Assembly (NCBI GenBank): GCA_030390025.1
Contig: CM059426.1
Location: 20,522,001-20,586,000 of the forward strand
From: Squalus acanthias
Taxonomy: Eukaryota
Direction: 5' to 3'
Length of the DNA stretch: 64,000 nucleotides
Shown here piece by piece: positions 10,845 through 22,080 of this stretch. A model generated the notes under the pieces. That model was not told where the DNA came from. It did not search any database and saw nothing but the letters and a program-made list of their open reading frames with translations. Positions within the stretch are counted from its first letter, which is position 1; each line of letters starts with the position of its first letter. The position numbers and the translations under genes were made by a program.

Positions 10845-12318
10845 CTTAATTCGTTCCTGGGCTTTGGGTGTCGCTGGCCAGGCCAGCATTTATAGCCCTT
10901 CCCTAATTGCCCTTAAGAAGGTGGTGGTGAGCCGTATTCTTGAGCCGCTGCAGTCTTTGTGGTAAAGGTATTCCCACAGTGCTGTTTGGGAGGTTTTCCA
11001 GGATTTTGACCCTGCGACGATGAAGGAACGGCGATATATTTTTAAGTTAGGATGGTGTGTGACTTGGAGGGGAACTTGCAGGTGATGGTGTTCCCATGCA
11101 CCTGCTGCCCTTGTCCTTCTAGGTGGTAGAGGTCATGGGCTTGGGAGGTGCTGCAGTGCATCTTGTAGATGGTACACACTGCAGCCATGGTGCGCCGGTG
11201 GTGGAGGGAGTGAATGTTTAAGGTGGTGGATGGGGTGCCAATCAAGCGGGCTGCTTTGTCTTGGATGGTGTCGAGCTTCTTGAGTGTTGTTCGAGCTGCA
11301 CTCATCCAGGCAAAGGAAGAGTATTCCATCACATTTCTGACTTGTGCCTTGCAGATGGTGGAAAGGCTTTGGGGAGTCAGGAGGTGAGACACTCGCTGCA
11401 GAATACACAGCCTCTGACCTGCTTTTGTTGCTTTTATTTATGTGGCTGGTCCAGTTAAGTTTCTGGTCAATGGTGACCCCCAGGATGTTGATGGTGGGGG
11501 ATTCGGCGATGCTAATGCTGTTGACTATCAAGGGACGGGGGTTAGACTCTCGCTTGTTGGAGATAGTCATGGCCTGGCACTTGTGTGGCACGAATGTTAC
11601 TTGCCACTTATCAGACTAAGCCTGAATGTCATCCAGATCTTGCTGCATACTGGCATGGACTGCTTCATTATCTGAGGAATTGTGAATGGATCTGAACACT
11701 GTGCAATCATCAGCGAACATCCACACTTCTGACCTTATGATGGAGGGAAGGTCATTGATGAAGCAGCTAAGAGGGTTAAGCCGAGGACTCTACCCTGAGG
11801 AACTCCTGCAGCGATGTCCTGGGGCTGAGATGATTGACCTGCAACAACCACAACCACCTTCCTTTGTGCTAGGTATGACTCCAGCCAGTGGAGAGTTTTC
11901 CCCCGATTCCCATTGACTTCAATTTTATGAGGGCTCCTTGATGCCACACTCGGTCAAATGCTGCCTTGATGTCAAGGGCAGTCACTCTCACCACACCTCT
12001 GGAATTCAGCTCTTCTGTCCATGTTTGGACCAAGGCTGTAATGAGGTCTGGAGCGAGTGGTCCTAGCGGAACCCAAACTGAGCATCAGTGAGCAGGTTAT
12101 TAGTGAGTAAGAGCCGCTTGATAGCACAGTCGACAACACCTTCCATCACTTTGCTGATGATTGAGAGTAGACTGATGGGGCGGTAATTGGCCAGATTGGA
12201 TTTGTCCTGCTTTTTGTAGACAGGACATACCTGGGCAGTTTTCCGCATTGTTGGATAGATGCCAGTGTTGTAGCTGTACTGGAACAGCTTGGCTAGAGGC
12301 GCGACTAGTTCTGGAGAA
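10845..12318 (-). mobile_element. Second LINE family (CR1/L2 Jockey-group RT), 5'-truncated
   Basis: NYRPISLLSIISKVME, QFGFR, GVPQG, ILGVTIDQKLNWTSHI and KAQVRNVMEYS in broken minus-strand frames. Confidence 0.88.
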
Positions 12319-12339
12319 TGTCAGGTGAGGACCAGTTCA

Positions 12340-13655
12340 AGCTCAGTTGTGAAGGCTACCATAGTCAATATCTTCCTCGACCTTGCCGCCATGTTCGATA
12401 TTACTGATCACGACATTCTCTTGCAAAGTTAAATTCTAATTATCAGATCACAGCCAGTGCAACTCCAGCAATTGTTTCTCTTCCCTCTCAGGTACCTCTG
12501 GAATCCCCCAAGGATCTATTCTTAGCCTCTTCCTCTTTCTTATCTACATTTTGCCCTTCAACAATATAATCCGCAAGCATGCAGTCAGCTTCAGGTATGT
12601 CATTGATACCCATTTCTACCTCACTATTACTCTCGACCACTCAACTAGCGTTGTGCTGTTAGATAGCTAGTCTTCCACCCAACTGTGGAGAAGTTACAAC
12701 TTCCTTCAGCTTATGGGATCCTGGGCTTCATAAATAGAGGCACAGAGTACAAAAGCAAGGAAGTTGTGATGAACCTTTATTAAACACTGGTTCAGCCTCA
12801 ACTGTAGTATTGTGTCCAATTCAGGGCACCGCACTTTAGGAAGGATATGAAGGCCTTAGAGAGGGTGCAGAAAAGATTTACAAGAATCGTACCAGGAATG
12901 AGGGACTGCAGTTATGTGGATAGACTAGAAAAGCTGGGGTTGTTCTCCTTAGAGCAGAGATGGTTGAGAGGAGATTTGATAAAGGTGTTCAAAATCATGA
13001 GGGGTCTAGACAGAGTAGATAGAGAGAAACTGTTCCCATTGGCAGAAGTGTCGAGAACCAGAGGAGATAGATTTAAGGTGATTGGCAGAAGAACCAAAGG
13101 TGACATGAGGAAAAACTTTTTTACGCAACGAGTGGTTATGATCTGGAATCCACTGCCTGAAAGGGTGGTGGAGACAGATTCAATTGTGGCTTTCAAAAGG
13201 GAATTGGATAAGTACCTGAAGGAAAAAAATTACAGGGCTACGGGGAAAGGGCAGGAGAGTGGGACTAGCTGAAGTGCTCTTGCAGAGAGCTGGCACGGGC
13301 TCGACGGGCGGAACGGCCTCCTTCTATCCTGTAATCATTCTATGGTTCTATTCTATGATAACATAGGGAAGACACCCTGAGCGCATCGTATCTATCACCC
13401 AAAACTGTCTATTTCCACCTCCAACAATATTGTCCATCTCTGTCTCTACAGCAGCTCTCTGCTCCTGAAACCCTGCTTGTTGACTTCCCATCCTCCTCTC
13501 TCTAGACCCTCCAAATTATTCAACATTCTGCTGCTCATATCCTGTCACACAATAAGTTCTAGTCATCCATTCCTCTATTTTCACTGATCTACATTGGCAA
13601 CTCACCCCAATGTATTAAATTCAAAATTCTCATCCTTGTGTACAAATTCTTCCTT
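12340..13655 (+). mobile_element. Highly decayed L2 LINE relic, interrupted by CR1 12712-13358
   Basis: LD..AMFD..DH-like and G.PQGSIL-like remnants; ttcaaaattctcatccttgtg L2 signature near 13620. Confidence 0.6.
12712..13358 (+). mobile_element. CR1 LINE 3' fragment
   Basis: ORF 12847-13272 ALERVQKRFTRIVPG..KNFFTQRVV; (attctatg) tail. Confidence 0.9.
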
Positions 13656-13694
13656 ACATAGTATTTACAGCTAAGAAACAGGACATTTGGCTCC

Positions 13695-14200
13695 ACGCCC
13701 ACTCTGACCTTGGCTTCCTACACTGTTCTAATGAAGCTCAATGGAAGCTTGAGGAACAGCACCTCATCTTTCAATTAGGCACTTTACAGCCATCGGACTC
13801 AACATTGAGTTCAACAATTTCAGATCATAACCGCTGCTCCCTTTTTTTCGGACAGCAGCTGTTGGTAATGATTCTTCTATTGCCATTTACACCTCCTCCT
13901 TTAGATCCATCTTCTGTTTCTTTACTTGTCCTCTTTTGCATTGCACCATCATCCCTTTTGTCATTTAATCTCTCCTGCATTCCAGCCTATCACTTTTGTT
14001 TTCCTCCCCTCCCCGCTTTCTCTGCCTCTGTACTTGCTTAAAACCTGTTACATCTCTAAATTTTTCCAGTTCTGATAAAAGGTCATTGACCTGAAACGTT
14101 AACTCTGTTTCTCTCTTCACAGATGCTGCCTGACCTGCTGAGTATTTCCAGCATTTTCTGTTTTATTTCAATTTTCCAGCTTCCGCAGTATTTTACTTTT
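13695..14200 (+). mobile_element. Penelope-like retroelement 3' end / pLTR
   Basis: Encodes KLEEQHLIFQLGTLQP..LNIEFNNFRS*, the C-terminus of the Penelope GIY-YIG protein, followed by a hammerhead-like motif and the cagatgctgcctgacctgctgagtatttccagca tail. Confidence 0.8.
14068..14104 (+). ncRNA. Minimal type I hammerhead ribozyme motif, core mutated
   Basis: AGUU-CUGAUAA-A-AGGUC-AUU-GACCU-GAA-ACGU-U-AACU. Stems I and II are perfect; the core reads CUGAUAA instead of CUGAUGA. Confidence 0.7.
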
Positions 14201-14960
14201 CTATTAGGTGTAAAAGCAGCCTGTCCAATCCTAATCGTTATCCAATAGCTGTCGCTGAAATAGCATTTGTGAGAACAGGACCAGGCTCAGGTGAAATAGT
14301 TGATTAGCCCACCACTACTTAATGTCATGCACATCTCAAAAATAGCCACTGGAATGAGATGTCAAAAGGACCTGTGGAATTGTCGGCAAATCCACCTTCT
14401 GGAGTTGAAGGGAAAATGAAATGAAAGCTACAGGATTTCACACTTCATTGATAGAAACCACAAATGGAATGTGCTAATTGGAGAAAATGTGTAAGAGTAC
14501 ATAGTGGTCTGGCAAACCACTATGTCCTAAAACATTTCTTCTCTAAAAGTTCTTTGTCTATCAGGTAACTCAGCCGTATTTGTTCATGATATGAGAGGTA
14601 AGATGTCACCTTTCTTTTAGGGTTACAGGCAAGCATTCAGCTTTTTTTTGGGGGGTGGGGGGGGAAAGCAGGTGATTCTCTACTGAATTTTTAAAATTCA
14701 TTCACGCGATGTAGGCGTCGCTGTCAAGGCCAGCATTTATTGCCCATCCCTAATTACTCTTGAGAAGTTGGTGGTGAGCCACCTTCTTGAATACAACTGA
14801 GTGGCAGAGGGCAGTTAAGAGTCAACCACATTGCTGTGATCTGGAGTCACATGTAGGCCAGGCTGGGTAAGGACGGCAGATTTCCTTCCCTAAAGGGAAT
14901 TAGTGAACCAGATGGGTTTTTACGACATTCTGGTGGTTTCATGGTCACCATTACTGATAC

Positions 14961-15205
14961 TGTGGCGGATCGCCACCTAAAACGGGCATAATCCACTCTT
15001 CTGTCTGTGGACAAATTTCCGGCACCTTACCTTAAAGGCAGAAGGGGGTGGGGCCTCAGGTTTTACCCAGAGAATTCTGGGAGTTTTTCCAGAGAATTCT
15101 GGGAGCAGCTTTCTCAGCCATTTTGTGTGCCATGCAGTGAATAAAAGTTTCTTGTTTTCCACATATGGATTCAGCTTCCATTCGTGTTTCGCGGCAGCCT
15201 CAACA
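14961..15205 (+). repeat. 5' LTR
   Basis: TGTGGCGG...CTCAACA; 4 mismatches to the 3' LTR by manual comparison; contains AATAAA. Confidence 0.97.
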
Positions 15206-15206
15206 T

Positions 15207-15220
15207 TGGTGACCCCGACG
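15207..15220 (+). promoter_or_regulatory. Primer binding site, tRNA-Trp
   Basis: TGGTGACCCCGACG equals the first 14 nt of the known tRNA-Trp PBS (TGGTGACCCCGACGTGAT). Confidence 0.9.
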
Positions 15221-15245
15221 CTAAGAACGTATTCCGAGCACTGCA

Positions 15246-18230
15246 ATGGCGGACACGAACGCAATTTCCGTGAAACTGCCGGAGTTTTGGGAAAACCAGC
15301 CCGAAGCCTGGTTTCTCCAAGCTGAATCTCGCTTCCGGCTGCGAAATATCACCACAGATGGAACGAAGTACGACTATCTCGTCACATCACTCAGTAGCGC
15401 CACAGTTTCCAAGGTTTGGACAATGCTGCAGAACCCACCAGAGGAAGGCAAGTACGCACACCTCAGGACAGCACTCCTTAAAAAATTTACGGCCTCGGCA
15501 TATCAGCGAAACTGCCACCTCCTCGACCTTCCAGGCCTCGGTGATGCCTCACCGTCAGACCTCCTCTCCCACATGCTCTCCCTCACCGACGAGAGCCCAC
15601 CTGGATCCCTCTTCCGCACGCTGTTCATCCGCCAGCTCCCTCTCAGCATCCGCCCAGCGATCGTGGCGTCCGGCCTCACGAACCTGGAAGCCCTGGCCGA
15701 TGAGGCCGACAAGCTACTGTCCGCTCACTCCAGCCGCGACGTCACTCCGGACCTGGCAGCCAATGCCTGGGCGCGCCCCTCAACATCCAGCACGCGGCCA
15801 CAAGGGCCTGTCACCAGGCCCACAGGGCCTTCGCGCCCCACTAACCCGGGCCACTGTTACTACCACGCACGGTTCGGCGCCAGGGCACAACGGTGCACAC
15901 CTCTCTGCTCTTTCAAGTCCGCCCCCGTTCCAGCCCCCGCGATGGCCGTGGGCCACGCGGGCTCCCTGCTGTTCGTCACGGATGACAAAACCGGCCGCCG
16001 GTTCCTGTGTGACACTGGGGCTCAGCACAGCATCATCCCGGCCTCCTCCCTCGACATCCAAAAGGGCGAACGAGGACCGGCGCTGGCTGCTGCTAATGGC
16101 TCGGAAATCCGGACGTATGGCACCCGGACAGTCACCCTCGACCTCGCTGGTCACTGCTACCGATGGGAGTTCATCACTGCCAAGGTGCTCTCCCCCCTCA
16201 TCAGCGCAGATTTCCTGTGCGCCCACGGCCTACTGGTAGACATCCCTCGTCACCGCCTCGTGGACATGAACACCATGTCCCCCATCCTGAGCGCCATGGC
16301 CCCCCGTCAACCCGCCGACATGGCGTCACAGTGCCACGCCCGGGCCACGGATGACTACTCGGCACTCCTGGCCGAATTCCCGACCCTTACCAATCCGACC
16401 TTCTCCACGGAGGCCGCCAAACACGGGGTGGAACACTTCATCCCCACCACAGGCCCCCCAGTGTACGCCCACGCCCGCAGGCTGGACCCGGCCAAACTGG
16501 AGATCGCGCGGACCGAGTTTGCCACCATGGAACAGCTCGGCATCATCCGCCGCTCCAACAGTCCCTGGGCCTCCCCACTCCACATCGCCCCCAAACCAGG
16601 CGGAGGTTGGCACCCCTGCGGGGATTACCGCCGCCTCAATGACGCCACCGCCCCTGATCGGTACCCCATGCCGCACATTCAGGACTTCTCGGCTAGACTG
16701 GCCAGCCGCTCAGTCTTTTCCAAGGTCGACCTGGTGCGCGGCTACCACCAAGTCCCGTCCACCCCGCGAACGTCCCCAAGACGGCCGTAATCACCCCATT
16801 CAGCCTGTTCGAGTTCCTGCGGATGCCCTTCGGCCTCAAAAACGCGGCCCAGGCATTCCAACGGCTCATGGACTCGGTCCTTCGGGACCTGAAGTTCCTG
16901 TTCGTCTACCTGGACGACATCCTGGTAGCCAGTTCCTCCAAGCAGGAACACCTCGAACACCTTCGCATCCTGTTCGGGCGCCTCAGCGACCACGGGCTCA
17001 TCCTCAGCCCAGCCAAATGCCAGTTCGGCCTGGACAAGATCGACTTCCCCGGCCACCACATCAACCATGCTGGGGCCATTCCCCTGCCCACCAAGGTGCA
17101 GGCCGTCCAACAATTTCCCTGCCCCACCACCATCAAAGGCCTCCAGGAGTTCCTCGGGATGGTGAATTTCTATAACCGCTTCATCCCCAAAGCGGCGTCC
17201 CTCATGAGGCCCCTGTATGAAGCCCTCCGGGGCAGGAGCGGCAAGATGGCGGTTGAATGGACGGCAGACACGTCCGCCGCCTTCGATTCCACCAAGACCG
17301 CGCTCGCCAATGCCACCCTGCTTGTGCACCCATGGCCCAATGCCAGGGTAGCACTCACCACGGACGCCTCCGACCACGCGGTCGGCGCCGTGTATGAGCA
17401 GTGGGTTGACGGCGCCTGACAACCACTTGCCTTCTTCAGCCGCCAACTACGCCCCCCGGAGGTCAAGTACAGCACCTTCGACCGCGAGCTCCTCGTGCTG
17501 TTCCTGGCGGTCCGCCATTTCCGGTTTTTGCTTGAGGGCCACCCCTTCACTGCGTTTTTCGACCACAAGCCCCTGACATTCGCAATGGCAAAGACAACCG
17601 ACCCCTGGTCCGCCAGGCAGCAGCGCCAGCTCGCGGCAGTGTCCGAGTTCACCACAGACATCCAACACGTCTCCGGCCAAGACAATGTGGTAGCCGACTG
17701 CCTCTCCCGCCCCGTCATCCACACCGCACACCTAGCAGTCGACTACACTCAACTCGCAGCAGACCAGATCACCGACCCGGATCTGCTCTCCGCACCCACC
17801 TACCTACCAGGGCTACGCCTGGCCGACGTCGCCTGTCGCCCGACCGCAGTCATGGTCAAGTGCGACATATCCCTATGTCAACCTCGGCCCGTCGTCCCAG
17901 CGTCCTGGCGCCGCCGGGTATTCGACATTCTCCACAACCTCTCCCACCCCGGCGCCCGCGCATCCATCAAATTGGTAGCCAACCGCTTTGTCTGGCGCGG
18001 CCTTCACAAGGATGTGCGTACTTGGGCCAACTCCTGCCTATCCTGCCAACGGGCCAAGGTACAGCAACACACGAAAGCACCCCTCGAGGAGTTTACCGTC
18101 CCCTCGCGGAGATTCGACCATATCCACGTGGACATCGTCGGGCCCCTGCCGCCGTCGCAAGGCCACACGCACTTGCTGACCATCGTGGACCGCACCACAC
18201 GCTGGCCTGAGGCAATTCCACTGACCTCCA
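15246..18230 (+). pseudogene. gag-pol polyprotein, disrupted
   Basis: Gag VKLPEFW..AWFLQAE, CHCC knuckle CYYHARFGARAQRCTPLC, protease DTGA, RT YLDD, RNase H TDASD/DHKPL/ADCLSR, integrase H..HPG..C..C and HVDIVGPLP. Frameshift near 16757, TGA at 17417-17419, homology lost after WPEAIPLTST. Confidence 0.93.
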
Positions 18231-18382
18231 CGCGGCTGACCTGCCCTCAAGCCGGTTCACCCGGCTGCTCCACGCCCGGCCGTTCCACGTCCACCGGCGT
18301 CCTACAAGAGCTGCTCCGGCCGGCCCATCAGACCGCCGCACCGTCTCGTCCACACCTCCTAAGCGGATTCTGGGGGGAGCTG

Positions 18383-18627
18383 TGTGGCGGATCGCCACCT
18401 AAAACGGGCATAATCCACTCTTCCGTCTGTGGACAAATTTCCAGCACCTTACCTTTAAGGCAGAAGGGGGCGGGGCCTCAGGTTTTACCCAGAGAATTCT
18501 GGGAGTTTTTCCAGAGAATTCTGGGAGCAGCTTTCTCAGCCATTTTGTGTGCCATGCAGTGAATAAAAGTTTCTTGTTTTCCACATATGGATTCAGCTTC
18601 CATTCGTGTTTCGCGGCAGCCTCAACA
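18383..18627 (+). repeat. 3' LTR, preceded by polypurine tract GGGGGGAG (18372-18379)
   Basis: Direct repeat of 14961-15205. Confidence 0.97.
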
Positions 18628-19569
18628 ATACTAGTTTTTTTTATTCCAGATTTAATTAACTGAATTTACATTCCCCAGCTGCCGTGGTGGGATTTGAATT
18701 CATGCCTCTGCATCATTAGTCCAGGCCTCTGGATTACTTGTCCAATAAGATACCCACTATGCCACTGCACCCCGGATGTATGGTATTATAAACAAAATAA
18801 TGTCGACAAGGATGTTTTCTGTAAACATTATTCTGTCAAGAGCCAGTCTGTTGATTAAGGTAGATGTTTCATCAGGAATACGGCCTTAAACATCTGTTAT
18901 GACCTGCTGAGCTGGGCTATTGCTGAAATAGGTTTGTTGGTCACCCATTGAATGGCTGTAGCATTAGCTAAGGGAGAGTGTGAATACCTGGAACCTGGCA
19001 TCCTCCCAGTATTGCCCCCAGTGATTAAAGACAGATGGAGATGGTTGGCAACCGTGCCAAACATTGGTTCATTCCATGCCAAGGTAACTGCAGGTTGCCC
19101 ACATAATTTAGGAACTGAAAGAACTTTTCTTGAAAATTTCTGTCAGCAGATCTATTTAGAAGACAGTTACATTTTTATTACAGGTTTCCTGTGTATGAAG
19201 GATTAAGCACACACTAAACAAAGTGAACTGCAATCACAGTGGTACTTTAATTTTATATTACTGTCCAAATACATTTGCGACTGACTGTACTTTCATTTTG
19301 TTATTGGTTTCCCTGTGGACTCTATAAAGCCCAAGAAATCTTTACAAACCCCAAGAAATCTTTACAAACATTGATGTCACCGCACATAACAACCCAATGA
19401 TTTATTTTTATTCTCCAATTCCCTTCCTCTCCTGAATGTAGTAACTCGTACTGGGCTCAGTTGTATAAGAGCCCCCAACCCGCTGGCATCTCGCCCAATG
19501 TTCATGTGCGTGTTCAGATAGATAGTATAGTGTCAGCAATAATATCTTGCAATTTTATACGGGAAACCA

Positions 19570-19870
19570 ATAACAACAAAAAGTCTCGCGGCATTTCAGA
19601 AACAAACCAAGTATTGTAGTATTGACACTGAGCCAGGAAGGGAGAGAAAGCTTGGTCAAAGAGATGGGTTTGAGAAGGTTTTCAATGATGGAGAGAGAGA
19701 TGGGGAGGCAGAATTGTTTGGAGGGAGTTCTGAGTTCTAGAGAGTGGAGTCGAGGCAGCTGAACGCTCTGCATCCAATGGCGGGCTGAAGGAGGAGGTTG
19801 TAATAATTAGAAGAGAGAAGAGCATATAGGGCTGATGGAGATTCCAGAGATACAGTAGGTGGGATGACGC
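19570..19870 (-). mobile_element. L2-type 3' relic
   Basis: ttgacactgagcc..aaagcttggtcaaagagatgggt resembles the L2-type tails at 25690-25800 (+) and 50672-50820 (-). Confidence 0.55.
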
Positions 19871-19871
19871 C

Positions 19872-20800
19872 AAGAACTAAGGTCAGAAAATGTGGAGTCG
19901 GGGGACAATTAGCAGAATGGATAGCAAGCTGGCTACAAAACAGAAACCAGACTAGCAAAAGGTGGGAAGTGGTGTTCCACATTTGTTCACCATTTATATA
20001 AATGATTTGGATTTGGGAATCGGATTTACAATTTCAAAATTTTAGGATGACACCAAATTGGGGGGTGTAGTTAATTCAGAGGTGGACTGCGGCAAATTAC
20101 AGGGAGACGTTAACAAACTTGCAGAATGGGCGTGTAATTGGCAAATGAACTTCAATATAGGTAAGTGTGAGGTGGTACATTTTGGTAGGAAGAATAAGGA
20201 GGCCACATACTCCTTGGAAAATAAGTGTCTAAATGGGGTAGAAGAACAGAGGGATCTGGGGCTACAGATACACAAATTACTAAAAGTAGCGACGCAGGTT
20301 AATAAGGCCATAAAAAAAAGCAAATAAAGCACTGGGGTTCAGTTCTAGAGGGACAGAATTGAGAAGCAGGGAAGTTATGTTAAACTTGTATAGAACCCTG
20401 GTTAGACCACACTTGGGGTACTGTGGACAGTTCTGGTTATAAGAAGGTTATAGAGGCACCGGAGAAGGTGCAACAAAGATTTACTAGAATGATACCAGAA
20501 CTGAGAGGTTATACCTATCAGGAAAGATTGAACAGGCTGGGGCTCTTTTCTTTAGAAAAGAGAAGACTGAGGGGTGACCTGATAGAGATCTTTAAGATTA
20601 TGTATGGGTTTGATAGGGTAGACATGAAGATGATGTTTCCACTTGCGGGCGAGACCAGAACTAGGGGCCATAAATATAAGATAGTCACTAATAAATCCAA
20701 TAGGGGATTTAGGAGAAACTTCTTTACCCAGAGAGTGGTTAGAATGTGGAACTCGCTGCCACAAGGAGTAGTTGAGGCGAATAGCACAGACGCATTTAGG
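19872..20800 (+). mobile_element. CR1 RT fragment, decayed
   Basis: DDTKLGG, KCEVVHFGRKN and FRRNFFTQRVVRMWNSLP in broken frames. Confidence 0.9.
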
Positions 20801-20802
20801 AA

Positions 20803-20870
20803 AGATAACTCTGTTTGTCTCTCCACAGATGCTACCTGACCTGCTGAGTATTTCCAGCATTTTCTGTTTA
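20803..20870 (+). mobile_element. Penelope pLTR tail fragment
   Basis: taactctgtttgtctctccacagatgctacctgacctgctgagtatttccagcattttctgttt matches 14100-14165. Confidence 0.75.
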
Positions 20871-21504
20871 TAGTTCTGCTTTTATACCTTCCTGGCCCAG
20901 AACGCAAAGGCCAATTGTTGGGCCCAAGTGCTGCCAGAGCTAAGATCAGGTAACTCTGCATATAATGGGGATTAAAACTGATATGCATAGTTTAGTGCTA
21001 CACCATTGTGCCTTCCCATGTCCTGCATCTTTCGTTGCACTGCCTAGGTACTGACAGCAATTATTCCAGTTAACTAGAGCCAATGGCAAAATCGAGTGCT
21101 GACATAGATGTGTTCTTCTTGTGATATGCTACTTCAACAGTGGTCACACAAATTCTTTGACTTTCCCAGACCAATGTTTGCTGTGGGATTTTATAATTTC
21201 AGTAAACTTCTTCAAGTCAGGTCTGGGGCTTATTACATGCTTAGGTAGGTCTTCAGTTGAGTGCTACACATTCACAGAAGACTAACCTGATGTATTTTGA
21301 TTTCATGCTGAAGGAACCACTGAGCCGGCTCTTTATATATATTTTTGTCAAGGTCCAAGAGTTACATTGCAGGTCATTGCTGGAAGTGTATTTATCTGAT
21401 GAGTGAACTGATCAAGTGCCACAGGAACACGGAAATAGTTTGTCAGCAATGGCAGGATTTGGCAGATTCTGAATCCATTGAAAATCTTTGTTCTGGTGTG
21501 CATG

Positions 21505-21715
21505 AAGGGAGAAAGAAGAAGATAGAGGAAAAGAAGAATGAGGTGGTGAAAAGAGAGAAATGGAAAGAAAGGAGAGGGGAAGAAGGAAGGCATAGGTAAA
21601 GGGAGAGAAGAATTTGAGGGGAGAGAGTAAGAAGGAGATAATATGTGAGGATGAAAAACAGAAGAGAGAGAGTGAAAGGAGGGAAGAAAGTGAAGGAAGA
21701 GCCAATGTGATGGGG
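21505..21715 (+). repeat. GA-rich low-complexity tract
   Basis: Almost pure purine sequence; similar tracts at 25810-25970 and, pyrimidine-rich, at 43310-43450. Confidence 0.8.
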
Positions 21716-22080
21716 AACAGACCTCAACATTTAATTTAGCGTCAGGTGAAATTCGAATCCCCATAGCCTTTCTATTGCAAAGACTGCCTACTTCCACCTC
21801 TGTAACATTGCCCACCTTTGTCCCAACCACAGCCCATCTGCTGCTGATAAATCTCATCCATGCCTTTGCCGCCTCCAAACTCGCTGATCCAATCCTCTCT
21901 TGGCCGACCTCCCATCTACAACTTTCCATAAACTTCAGGCCATCAAATACTCTGCTGCTCGTATCCTATCCTGCACCAAGTTCCACTCACCCATCATCTC
22001 TATCCTTGCTGACCTACATTTGCTCCTGGTGGTTAATGTTTCAAACTTAAAATTCTCATCCGTGTGTTTAAATCCTTTTA

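Larger units (their letters stand above)
14961..18627 (+). mobile_element. Ty3/Gypsy LTR retrotransposon, CsRn1-like, integrase 3' part deleted
   Basis: Two 245-bp TG..CA LTRs, ATAC TSD at 14957-14960 and 18628-18631, PBS, PPT, and gag-PR-RT-RH-IN domain order. Confidence 0.97.
14693..18772 (-). mobile_element. tRNA-derived SINE split by the Gypsy insertion (14693-14960 and 18632-18772)
   Basis: tRNA-like head at about 18680-18772 (-; tggcatagtgg and ttcaaatcc boxes). Tail shared with the LINE at 10845 (gccagcatttattgcccatccctaatt). The two halves join at the ATAC TSD. Confidence 0.7.

Noticed and set aside
18230-18562. C-terminal extension of the 355-aa ORF as an env-like or extra domain
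   Set aside because: It is read-through from the integrase deletion into the 3' LTR.
19330-19369. 20-bp tandem duplication cccaagaaatctttacaaac
   Set aside because: Simple local slippage with no further structure.
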